Shown here in pieces: positions 29,358 to 37,997 of a DNA stretch of 64,000 nt (its first letter is position 1; every line of letters starts with the position of its first letter). The position numbers and the translations under genes are program-made. Below the pieces are notes generated by a model, which did not search any database, was not told where the DNA came from, and saw only the letters and a program-made list of their open reading frames with translations. Source of the stretch: a virus; IMG/VR virus record IMGVR_UViG_3300036719_006047, positions 72,911 to 136,910 of that record. The stretch is one strand, 5' to 3'.

Positions 29358-30459
29358 TCTGGCTGATGTCATCTTCTCCACTTGGAAGCACAACCCCACT
29401 CAGTCCATCTTCGTCATGGGGCCGCCCGGCATCGGCAAGACCTCTGTCGCGGCCGCCGTTGTGGATCGCATCCGAAAGTACAACACAGACAACAACGTCC
29501 AGGGCCCCGTCGTCTGCCACATCAAGGACCTGTCGTCTTCGTTGCCCGAAGACCTCAACGGTCTGCCGAAAACGGACGGCGAGGTGATGCGCTTCGTTCC
29601 CGACACCTGGCTCGCCGAGTGCTGCAACCCTGAAGCCTCCGGCATCCTCATCCTCGACGACCTGCCGGCAGCGACTGCTTCCATTCAGGTGGCAGCGCGT
29701 CAGCTCGTTCTCGACAAGCGCATCCACGAGCACAGGCTGTCCAGCAAAGTCATCGTTGTCGTAACTGGCAATCGTCGTGAGGACGCTTCTGCGGCCAAGA
29801 CACTCCCCGCTCACTTCCGCAACTCCGTGTTGACGCTCGAAGCTGAGGCGAACTTGGCGGACTGGACTTCGTGGATGCGCTCCAAGGACGCAGACCGCTC
29901 CGTGACGGACTTCCTGGCCTTCCGGCCGCAGCACTTCTCTCGGCTGCCCGTCAATGCCGACCAGCGCGGGGTGTTCGCAACGCCTCGTACCTGGAAGATG
30001 CTGTCCGACCTGATGCCGGTCGCTCTCGAGACCAAGAAGCTGTTCGAGATCAGCGCCGGTCTCGTTGGCGAGGGTGTGAGCGCGGAGTTCGTGGCCTTCA
30101 AGGACATGAGTGATGCGCTGCCTGACCCCAAAGCCGTGCTCGAAGACCCCTACAAGCACTACCCCAGCAACCACGACATCTGGTCCAACCGCCCCGACTT
30201 GATGGTTGCCGTGCTGTCGGGCATCTCGTACTACGCAGGCAAGGCCAAGAAGACAAAAGACTTTGTTCCTGTCGACGCTTACGTGAAGGCTGTTGCCTAC
30301 TTGTGTTCCCGGTCCACCGAGTACTTCGAGTTCGCTTTCCAGGCTTTCCGCGACAGTGGCGGTCGCGAAATGGCTTTCTTGACGGCCGCGCAGCAGCTGT
30401 CGACGACTGACTCGCGTGTGGCCCAGCTCAAGGCCAAGCTCCGTGAGGTGTTCGCGTGA
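29344..30459 (+). CDS. MoxR-like AAA+ ATPase, copy 1
   Basis: GPPGIGKT, LILDDL, VTGNR, PAHFRN and TPRTW motifs. Confidence 0.88.
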   Translation: MRLSDLADVIFSTWKHNPTQSIFVMGPPGIGKTSVAAAVVDRIRKYNTDNNVQGPVVCHIKDLSSSLPEDLNGLPKTDGEVMRFVPDTWLAECCNPEASGILILDDLPAATASIQVAARQLVLDKRIHEHRLSSKVIVVVTGNRREDASAAKTLPAHFRNSVLTLEAEANLADWTSWMRSKDADRSVTDFLAFRPQHFSRLPVNADQRGVFATPRTWKMLSDLMPVALETKKLFEISAGLVGEGVSAEFVAFKDMSDALPDPKAVLEDPYKHYPSNHDIWSNRPDLMVAVLSGISYYAGKAKKTKDFVPVDAYVKAVAYLCSRSTEYFEFAFQAFRDSGGREMAFLTAAQQLSTTDSRVAQLKAKLREVFA

Positions 30460-31628
30460 CTAGCAGAGAAGAGACTTTCGCTCGTTTCTCGAAGGCGAGA
30501 ACTTGGTTGATCGGCCGGATGCCTTTCTTCGGGCACCTGGCTCTCAACCTCAAGCTCGATCCTGTGGCCGGGGAAGATCAAGGAGTAGAAACGGCTTGCA
30601 TCTACCCGACGGGTGAACTCATCCTCAACGACAAGTTCGTCGCGTCGTTGACCGATGCTCACTTCAGGTTCGTTCTGGCCCACGAAGTGCTGCATCCAGC
30701 ATTGTTGTGCCATGTGCGCCGCAAGGGCAGAGATCATCTCGTCTTCAACATGGCGCACGACTACGCCATCAACTTGATCATCACAGAGGCAGTCGAAACG
30801 GCAAAAGAGCACAACAACTGCTGTATGCCGCTCAAAGGGCTCATCGATAACGCTTACAAAGGCCTTTCCGCAGAAGAAATCTACGACAAGCTGTTGGAGA
30901 AAGCAAGCATCGCTTATTACGCAAAAGGAGGCTTCGATCAAGACGTCGCAGAGAAAGAAGCCAAGACTGAGGACAAGGAGCAAGACAGCATCTGGAAAAT
31001 GCGTCTCGCGGCTGCGAGCGTAGCGGCTTCTCGCTCGAAGAGAGGCAACATTCCTGCCGGGTTGCAGAAGATCATACAAGAGATTTTGCAGCCCCAGGTG
31101 TACTGGCTTGATGTTCTCGCGGAGTACGTGTCGGGTTGTTTGGGCGGAGACATTTTCACTTACAGCAGGCTGAACCGCCGGTCAGAGGGCGCAGGATGCA
31201 TCCTGGCCGGAAAGATCAGCGATGAGATGCCCGAAGTGACAGTGTTGTGGGACACGAGCGGTTCGCAGCAGGGGTGGGAAGACACCGTTTTCGCGGAGCT
31301 GAAAAAGCTGCAAGATGACATGGCGGTGCCCTTCCGGCTCATGATCATCGATACCGTGTTGTACGCAGACATGATGGTAGACGACGTCGACGATACTCTT
31401 TCACAGCTCAAAGGTGGCGGCGGCTCCGACTTCAAACCCGCTTTCGAGAAGCTCGAGCAAGAGAACAACCAGTCAGTCGTCATCGCATTCACAGACGGCG
31501 CGATCGGTGTGCCAGAGACACCGCCACCGTTGCTCAAAGATGTCATCTGGGTGCTGACGGGACACTATTCGAGCCCCCCGGCACAGTACGGCCGCTCGAT
31601 CTACATCGAGAAAGGAAAGTCGAAATGA
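30456..31628 (+). CDS. DUF2201-type HExxH metallopeptidase-like plus vWA protein, copy 1
   Basis: LAHEVLH, NMAHDYAIN, WDTSGS, GGGGSDF and FTDG motifs. Confidence 0.88.
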   Translation: MTSREETFARFSKARTWLIGRMPFFGHLALNLKLDPVAGEDQGVETACIYPTGELILNDKFVASLTDAHFRFVLAHEVLHPALLCHVRRKGRDHLVFNMAHDYAINLIITEAVETAKEHNNCCMPLKGLIDNAYKGLSAEEIYDKLLEKASIAYYAKGGFDQDVAEKEAKTEDKEQDSIWKMRLAAASVAASRSKRGNIPAGLQKIIQEILQPQVYWLDVLAEYVSGCLGGDIFTYSRLNRRSEGAGCILAGKISDEMPEVTVLWDTSGSQQGWEDTVFAELKKLQDDMAVPFRLMIIDTVLYADMMVDDVDDTLSQLKGGGGSDFKPAFEKLEQENNQSVVIAFTDGAIGVPETPPPLLKDVIWVLTGHYSSPPAQYGRSIYIEKGKSK

Positions 31629-32413
31629 AAGAAGGCGATGCCATCACGCACTTCGACAACTCTTTGCTAAACCCAGAACTGGAGGGAAATCCGAAATACT
31701 GCTTCCGGATTCGAGTGATCGGCAACAACACAGAGCTGAGCACACAGCACGTAGAGAACACGGTCAACAACGCGCTGCGGCTTGCCTGCGAAGAAGACAA
31801 GCTGCCCGCTTCTGTGTCAGAGAAGCTTGAGCCGGTTTACACGCTGTTGGTGCTGAACCGGTTGAGACGAACAAGCAAGCGGGACTGGCAGTTGTCGCGG
31901 TTTGTTGAAAGCTGTCGCCTGTTCGCCAAGGTGAGCTCCATTTACGCCCTGAAACAGGTAAAGCCAAAAATGAGAGTGTCACCTGCTCTGTTTGTGTTGG
32001 ACGTGTTTGACGCATCAAAGGTCTTCAGCGCGTCAGAGCTGATCGCTTTTTCTTCTCCCACAGGACTTGTTGTCCCCGGTAGTGAGATTGCAGGGCTTGC
32101 GTCATACGTGCTGCAGAGGCTCGAAAACCCCGACGATGTCAGATTTAAGCGGCGAGATGAGATACTGGTCCGAGTGTGCGCGGAAGCTCTGATTGCGACA
32201 AGGAAGCCGAAGCAAGAAGGTGTAACCGCCAAAGAAGCAGTAGCACTCGGCAAGAAAATCGCAGCGCACCGCACTCGGCGGCTGAAGATGGAAAGGCTGC
32301 AGAAGAACTTGAGAGAAGCACAAAGAACCCTAGCAAAGCTGTCCCGAGATAGCCGCAACGATCTCAAGCAAGACATGAAAGACTTCTACACAAAGGGGAC
32401 TCGCAAGAGATGA
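31625..32413 (+). CDS. Paralogue family member 6 (most divergent)
   Basis: IGNNTELSTQHV; FSASELIAFS; C-terminal coiled coil. Confidence 0.7.
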   Translation: MKEGDAITHFDNSLLNPELEGNPKYCFRIRVIGNNTELSTQHVENTVNNALRLACEEDKLPASVSEKLEPVYTLLVLNRLRRTSKRDWQLSRFVESCRLFAKVSSIYALKQVKPKMRVSPALFVLDVFDASKVFSASELIAFSSPTGLVVPGSEIAGLASYVLQRLENPDDVRFKRRDEILVRVCAEALIATRKPKQEGVTAKEAVALGKKIAAHRTRRLKMERLQKNLREAQRTLAKLSRDSRNDLKQDMKDFYTKGTRKR

Positions 32414-32994
32414 ACGACCGCACGTACCGCTTCCCTCTGAAAAAAGGCGCGAAGCTCAAGGAAGACAACGGCTACGCTCTGTTGGCGGGATTGACCTCCA
32501 TCGCTCCGTTCCTTCACGGCAGGGAGAGTGTCCAGATCGCACCTATCGCGGGATCTCGCGTCAGCAGCGGTGTTCTCGTGACTGACGCACGAAGCAAACT
32601 GCAGGTGAGAGGCATCACCCGGGAAGAAGCTGAACTGCTCCAGAAAAAGACTTTTCACGTTTCGGGAGAGGAGGTTGAGACTGGCCTGTTCCAGGAGGTG
32701 AAGTTTGCGTTCTTCCCCTGCTTGGCTTCTCGCCTTGTGATCTTCCGAGATGTGTTCAGCAAAGAGCAGTTCATCGAGAAGGTCAAAGAAGTTGCAAGGT
32801 CAGGCGATGTGGAGCTGGGGCGCCGGAGAGTGTTGACTCTCAAGAACAACAGCATGATCGGCTTCAGCGTGGTTTTGAAAGGACTGAAAGAAGAAGATTC
32901 GATCCGACTTCAGGCGGAAGGGATGGGCAAGTTCACGTCGATGGGTTGCGGGGTGTTTCACCACTTCCGACCGAACAGCACTCAACTGCGATAA
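32410..32994 (+). CDS. cas6: Solitary CRISPR-associated endoribonuclease Cas6, type I-MYXAN (Cmx6)-like
   Basis: FPL...L..DNGYALL, LASRLVIF, GFSV.L.GL..EDSIRLQ.EGMGKFTSMGCGVF (Cas6 G-rich loop). Confidence 0.85.
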   Translation: MNDRTYRFPLKKGAKLKEDNGYALLAGLTSIAPFLHGRESVQIAPIAGSRVSSGVLVTDARSKLQVRGITREEAELLQKKTFHVSGEEVETGLFQEVKFAFFPCLASRLVIFRDVFSKEQFIEKVKEVARSGDVELGRRRVLTLKNNSMIGFSVVLKGLKEEDSIRLQAEGMGKFTSMGCGVFHHFRPNSTQLR

Positions 32995-33074
32995 GCGGCA
33001 GAGGTAGACGATGAAAATGAACTTTGATTGTGTGCCGGAAGAGATGCTGTAGCCCCTGCCTGGAGGAACTGGAA

Positions 33075-33686
33075 ATGAAGTCAGTCGCTCATCCGAAAAT
33101 CCGCACCATGTGTGAGATGGCTTGCCGGATTCGAGACATGTACGGGTACAAGTGGGTCTTGCACAAACCCAAGCACATCGAATGGCTGTTGTCCGACTCT
33201 CCCATCGGCCCATTTTCGCTCAAGTTGACGGGAAGAAAGAGGAGCAACTTTGTAGTGCTGTTATCGGCCGGTCCTTTCGACGGATGGACCGGAGGCAGCG
33301 AAACCTGCCCCGAAGAGCAAAAGTACTACGCAGCTCTGATCCACGAGATGAGCCACCTGACGCTCATGGATGGTTCTCCTGAAGACATGGGCACCGAAGA
33401 AGAAGGTGTCGTGCTCGAGACCGCGTGGCTTGATGCTTTGAGACCGACAAGGGAGATCAGAGCCGGGTACCGGGAGTACTCTATCGACAAAACAGAGATA
33501 GTCATAGACTACGAGAAGTGGGCCACCATGAACTACTCCGATATTCGAGGCCCGAAGAAGATGAAGTGGTGGGAGGAAGCACAGAAAATTTTGATCGAGA
33601 AAGGCGTCTTGACCAAAGGTGGCGCCCCGACCTGGAAGCGTACGAGGATGGGAGATGCCAAACACTCTGCCCGAAAATTGGTTTGA
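33075..33686 (+). CDS. HExxH zinc metallopeptidase-like protein
   Basis: ALIHEMSH followed by a downstream EE motif; SD GGAGG. Confidence 0.65.
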   Translation: MKSVAHPKIRTMCEMACRIRDMYGYKWVLHKPKHIEWLLSDSPIGPFSLKLTGRKRSNFVVLLSAGPFDGWTGGSETCPEEQKYYAALIHEMSHLTLMDGSPEDMGTEEEGVVLETAWLDALRPTREIRAGYREYSIDKTEIVIDYEKWATMNYSDIRGPKKMKWWEEAQKILIEKGVLTKGGAPTWKRTRMGDAKHSARKLV

Positions 33687-33921
33687 GGTAACACCAGCCT
33701 GCTACGAGTACAGGTGCTTTCCGTTCGATACGGACAAATACGGCAAACCGAAGCCGGGAACAGCATACCTCACTGTCGTTACGGTACAGAAGCGAGAAAA
33801 CTCTATCGAGGTCAGCATAGACTCTTTTTCCGGAGGCTACGCTGACGGAGCAGCCGCACTGTCGACAGAGATACCGTTAGAGATTATAAATCGCTTGATA
33901 GCAAGCAGACCGAAGGAGTGA
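33655..33921 (+). CDS. Hypothetical protein; 3' end lies inside direct repeat 1
   Basis: 88 aa ORF. Confidence 0.6.
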   Translation: MPNTLPENWFEVTPACYEYRCFPFDTDKYGKPKPGTAYLTVVTVQKRENSIEVSIDSFSGGYADGAAALSTEIPLEIINRLIASRPKE

Positions 33922-33961
33922 CCGCATGACCCGCTCCCTGATCCCTTTCCTGGCTGTCGTT
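33863..33961 (+). repeat. 99 bp direct repeat, copy 1
   Basis: 97/99 identical to 36062-36160; includes the SD AAGGAG and 12 codons of a signal peptide. Confidence 0.95.
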
Positions 33962-34114
33962 TATGGACTACTTCTGAAGTCTGCGCCGGTTGCGGCGCAT
34001 GGTGGTGGCTTCGATGCGTCCAGGTTCAAAACCTGCGGGCAAAATCAAAATTGGCCGAAGTGGATGTTCAATCTTGATTGTCTGGAGTCAAAAAATGAAG
34101 TATCTGAACAATGA
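33926..34114 (+). CDS. Short ORF starting with the duplicated signal peptide (possible remnant)
   Basis: MTRSLIPFLAVV versus MTRSLFPFLAVV at 36125. Confidence 0.45.
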   Translation: MTRSLIPFLAVVYGLLLKSAPVAAHGGGFDASRFKTCGQNQNWPKWMFNLDCLESKNEVSEQ

Positions 34115-35507
34115 CGATGATCTCATTCTCCCTCCTCCTGAGAAATCACTCCCGCAAAGACATGCCGGGAGGGTGGGTTTGGGAGTAGGGGTTGCAACAA
34201 TAGTCGGGGTTATTACCTTTGGCACTATGGTCGATCTCAGGGCAGATCTTGAGAAAACCCAGAGTGAGATTATGAGGCTCAAAGACGCCCTCGCACTTGA
34301 AACCGAACTTCTGAACAGGAAGCTCAATAAAGTCCAGAGGGTCCAGGAGAAAACACTTCAAGTGGAGGCACGGCTCATCCAAGTAGGGAAGACGGGGCAC
34401 GAGGCTTGCGTGGAGGCGGGCTTTACTTGTGGCTTTGTCCTTTCTACGTCAGTCGTAGACTCAAAAACAGTAGACTTTGCTGGGTGGCATGTGAGCACCT
34501 GCGACTCGAAGGTCTACAAGTCCCGCGGAAAACATCTCCTCACTGGAGATTACATCCGTGGACCTGGCGTGAAGGGGGCTTATAGTGATGATCTCCTCCT
34601 TTTAGAGGGGGAAGATAGCTACACCGCATACTGTATCACCAACCCCAGCCGGGGTTCAGAGATTCCCTTTTCGCCCATTACTGGGGGTTCGGTGGATTAC
34701 CCGATGGTTCAAGTCCCAGCGGGCACCTTCGTGATGGGCTCCCCGGGGGACGAGGCAGGGCGGTACATCGACGAGGTGCAGCATTGGGTGACGCTGAGCC
34801 GCGGCATCTGGATGGGGACGACGGAGGTCACGCAGGGGCTGTGGCGGGCGGTGATGGGGAGCAACCCGTCCACCGCCGAGTACGAGGGTGTGTCGCTGGT
34901 GGGCGCCACGCTGCCGGCGCAGACCGTGAGCTGGTGCGAGGCGGTGGCCTTCGCGAACCGGCTGTCGGCGCGGGAGGGCCTGCCGGCGGCGTACCGCGGG
35001 GTGGACCAGTGCGAGGCCAGCGAAGGCACCAGCGTGGTCTGGGACCGGTCCAGCGCGGGCTACCGGCTGCCGACGGAGGCGGAGTGGGAGTACGCGGCCC
35101 GCGGGGGCGTGGGTGGCGCATATGCGGGCGGGGTGAAGGCGGAGGGGGTGTGCGCGGTGGCGAACGTGCTGAACCCGTCGGCGAAGCAGCGCTTCGGCTT
35201 CGACCATGAGGCCTTCGGGTGCGAAGACGGGCACGCGGGCGCGGCGCCGGTGGGGAGCTTCCGGGCGAACGGGTACGGCCTGCACGACATGACGGGCAAC
35301 GTGTGGGAGTGGTGCTGGGACTGGTACGGGGCCTACGGCGGCGCCAGCGCTGACCCCACGGGGGCCCAGTCCGGCCGCAACCGGGTGGTTCGCGGCGGCT
35401 CCTGGTTCGGCGACCCGCGCCGCGCCCGGGTCGCCCGCCGCGACGGGGGCGTGCCCGGCTTCCGCGTTGACTACCTCGGCTTGCGTCTCGTGAGGACGGT
35501 CTTTTGA
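34095..35507 (+). CDS. Membrane-anchored FGE-sulfatase (SUMF1/CLec-fold) domain protein; candidate DGR target
   Basis: TM and coiled coil, then GTFVMGS, RLPTEAEWEYAARGG, NGYGLHDMTGNVWEWCWD and RGGSW...GLRLVR motifs. Confidence 0.9.
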   Translation: MKYLNNDDDLILPPPEKSLPQRHAGRVGLGVGVATIVGVITFGTMVDLRADLEKTQSEIMRLKDALALETELLNRKLNKVQRVQEKTLQVEARLIQVGKTGHEACVEAGFTCGFVLSTSVVDSKTVDFAGWHVSTCDSKVYKSRGKHLLTGDYIRGPGVKGAYSDDLLLLEGEDSYTAYCITNPSRGSEIPFSPITGGSVDYPMVQVPAGTFVMGSPGDEAGRYIDEVQHWVTLSRGIWMGTTEVTQGLWRAVMGSNPSTAEYEGVSLVGATLPAQTVSWCEAVAFANRLSAREGLPAAYRGVDQCEASEGTSVVWDRSSAGYRLPTEAEWEYAARGGVGGAYAGGVKAEGVCAVANVLNPSAKQRFGFDHEAFGCEDGHAGAAPVGSFRANGYGLHDMTGNVWEWCWDWYGAYGGASADPTGAQSGRNRVVRGGSWFGDPRRARVARRDGGVPGFRVDYLGLRLVRTVF

Positions 35508-35520
35508 TCGCAGGGCATGA

Positions 35521-35548
35521 CTTGGATCGGGAATTGTCCTGATCCAAG
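35521..35548 (+). other. 12 bp stem / 4 nt loop hairpin 13 nt after the FGE stop codon
   Basis: CTTGGATCGGGA-ATTG-TCCTGATCCAAG with one G-T pair; no U-tract. Confidence 0.7.
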
Positions 35549-35602
35549 CATCAGTAAGGCTTCTTCAAAGCTTTACTTGACCAGTCACTTAAGGAGGATC
35601 AA

Positions 35603-36013
35603 ATGGAAACCCGCAAAACTGCCACGTTCAAGAATCACTTGTGGCTCAAGCATTACGAAAAGTTGATTGTTTTGGCTACGCTGCTCCAAATAACGGCATC
35701 CGTCATTAATTCGTTGGGACAAATAAGTCGCAACGTCGACCTCAGCAATGCGAATGGGGCAATCATCGTGACGGGACTCTCGCTGGGGTTAGTGATCCAC
35801 GCTGCTGCAGGGTTTGGTCTTATGGCTATAGCGTCTAACCTTCAGGCCTCCAACAGCAGGGCAATCAGGCTTGTCTTAGCCGTGCTACTTTCCATTTACC
35901 CTTTCGTTTGCTTCATGGTGCCCTTCAATCTTATTGCGGGGTTGGTGGTGGGCGTAAACGAGATCGGGGGTTGGTGGAAGTCAAGGTCTTCGGACTCTGA
36001 CCCCCGCAAGTAG
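35603..36013 (+). CDS. Multi-pass membrane protein
   Basis: SD AAGGAGG; three to four hydrophobic segments. Confidence 0.75.
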   Translation: METRKTATFKNHLWLKHYEKLIVLATLLQITASVINSLGQISRNVDLSNANGAIIVTGLSLGLVIHAAAGFGLMAIASNLQASNSRAIRLVLAVLLSIYPFVCFMVPFNLIAGLVVGVNEIGGWWKSRSSDSDPRK

Positions 36014-36061
36014 GGGATTTTGGTCAGCATATCCCCAGTCTGATTTCTCGCGCTGCCTTGG

Positions 36062-36160
36062 CGACAGAGATACCGTTAGAGATTATCAATCGCTTGATAG
36101 CAAGCAGACCGAAGGAGTGACCGCATGACCCGCTCCCTGTTCCCTTTCCTGGCTGTCGTT
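36062..36160 (+). repeat. 99 bp direct repeat, copy 2
   Basis: Matches 33863-33961 with 2 substitutions. Confidence 0.95.
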
Positions 36161-37945
36161 GCTGGGTGCAACTCGAAGCAAGTCATTGAAGACGCGCAGT
36201 GCTCTGATGAGGAGCAGGGCATGTTTATGGCGTGCCTTTCCTCAGGGTGTTCCGCCTCCTACGCGCAGGACCTCAGCGGCGCGGACTCCTGTTCGGTCGA
36301 AGGTGGCGGTACAGTTGTCTCAGTCGAAGCTGGCGGAGAGTGTGGTTTTACGTCTTCCGGCTCATGCTACGTCTTGTGTGATTGCCCCGATGGAGTGGGC
36401 GTAGAGTTCAACACCGCGGACCGAGAACCGCAAGAATCTCCTTCTGAGTATGAAGGCGACATGGCAGGAGAGTGCTCAGACAGGGCAGACAATGATCGAG
36501 ATGGCCTGTACGACTGCAACGATCCCGACTGCGAGGGAAGCCCGGACTGCGCGGAAAGTGTGGACACTGCGGATAGTTCGGAGGAACCCGGCACGGAGGA
36601 CACTGGCGCTCCGGAAGACACAGGAGAAACTGGGGGAGAAGACCCTGCAGTAGACGCCGACGGTGACGGGTACACCGTGGGCGACGGAGACTGCAACGAC
36701 CGCAATCCGGCGATCAACCCCTCCTCCACGGATATCGTCGGCGACCTGATCGATCAGAACTGCGACGGGATTGACGGCACCGACATGGACCGCGATGGGT
36801 TTGCTTCCGAAGCCAGCGGCGGCAGCGACTGCGACGACTTCGACGCAGTGATCAACCCCAACTACGGAATTTGGGATGAGACGGATTACGTAGATTCAAA
36901 CTGTGACGGAGAGGACGGTCTGAACTGGACATACAAATCATTAACGCTTTCTCACCTGTACATCCGGAATACGGGTGACTTTGACGGAGACTCTAAAACT
37001 GATTTAGTTCTGTACGAAACAAGAACAGGGGATGTATGTATAATTTTCGGCTCATCTCTATCTTCTTCTGCTGTCAGTGTGATGACTGCATCAGATTGTG
37101 ATATTCTAACAGATATTGGGGGACAAGAATTTTCTGTCGGCGATGTTGATTCTGACGGAAAAGACGACCTCCTACACAAAAATTATTCGACGGGAACCGG
37201 ATACTTGTTTTACGGGTCCACAATAGCAACATCAACAGCATTATGGTCTGGGTCTAATCACGACATTGTTATTTCTCCCGGTTGGGGGTCGATCACATAT
37301 TTTCAGATTATCGAAGACGTCAATGGTGATTCTGTCGATGACATTTTTGTCTACGCATCTTCTTACGTGCACATTCTTGTGTCGCCTTTCACTCGTTCGT
37401 CTTTGACCGTATCAACAGACAAGCTTGTGTCCTTGACAGGAACCTACGCCTATGACGGGATAACTGTCTTACCACTGGATCTAAACTACAACGGTAAAAT
37501 GGATTTTCTATTTGATCGAGGCTATGCGGATGTGAGTACCAGCAAACGAAATTTCTCGACATTTTTCCCAACAGGTGTGTTGCCTGATATTGATGGGGAC
37601 GGAAACAAAGAAATAACAGACGGAAATTGCGTTCAGAACGCTAGCAACTACTCAGACAGTTCTTTTTGTGACTACTACGTAAGCTACACATTGACCGCGC
37701 GGCAACTGGCAGATTTTGATGGAGACGGACTTGCAGACGACTACTTCTACTGTTCTGTGATCCACTCAACATATTACGACTGCTACATTAAGAAAGACAT
37801 TCTGTTGGCGCCGGGCTCAAATGTACACATCCACGGAGCTCACGCTAACGAGAACTATTTCTTCTCTGGTGACTTTAACGGAGATGGAAAGGACGAGATC
37901 GTTGCGTCTGATGGCAGTAGCAGCAATATAATCGGATTCAGGTAA
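36125..37945 (+). CDS. Lipoprotein with myxobacterial-type Ca/metal-binding (MopE-like) repeats and FG-GAP/VCBS-like repeats
   Basis: Lipobox VAGC; DCNDRNPAINP..DQNCDG repeats; GDFDGD, GDVDSDGKDD and GDFNGDGKDE motifs. Confidence 0.85.
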   Translation: MTRSLFPFLAVVAGCNSKQVIEDAQCSDEEQGMFMACLSSGCSASYAQDLSGADSCSVEGGGTVVSVEAGGECGFTSSGSCYVLCDCPDGVGVEFNTADREPQESPSEYEGDMAGECSDRADNDRDGLYDCNDPDCEGSPDCAESVDTADSSEEPGTEDTGAPEDTGETGGEDPAVDADGDGYTVGDGDCNDRNPAINPSSTDIVGDLIDQNCDGIDGTDMDRDGFASEASGGSDCDDFDAVINPNYGIWDETDYVDSNCDGEDGLNWTYKSLTLSHLYIRNTGDFDGDSKTDLVLYETRTGDVCIIFGSSLSSSAVSVMTASDCDILTDIGGQEFSVGDVDSDGKDDLLHKNYSTGTGYLFYGSTIATSTALWSGSNHDIVISPGWGSITYFQIIEDVNGDSVDDIFVYASSYVHILVSPFTRSSLTVSTDKLVSLTGTYAYDGITVLPLDLNYNGKMDFLFDRGYADVSTSKRNFSTFFPTGVLPDIDGDGNKEITDGNCVQNASNYSDSSFCDYYVSYTLTARQLADFDGDGLADDYFYCSVIHSTYYDCYIKKDILLAPGSNVHIHGAHANENYFFSGDFNGDGKDEIVASDGSSSNIIGFR

Positions 37946-37997
37946 CAAGAGAACAACACAGGCTGAATGCTTAATTACAGCACATTGGAGGTAAAAA

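Noticed and set aside
32995-33100. CRISPR array next to cas6
   Set aside because: No repeat-spacer periodicity here or anywhere else in the window
34828-35547. Pro/Arg-rich 239 aa minus-strand ORF
   Set aside because: Artefact of the very high GC in the FGE domain
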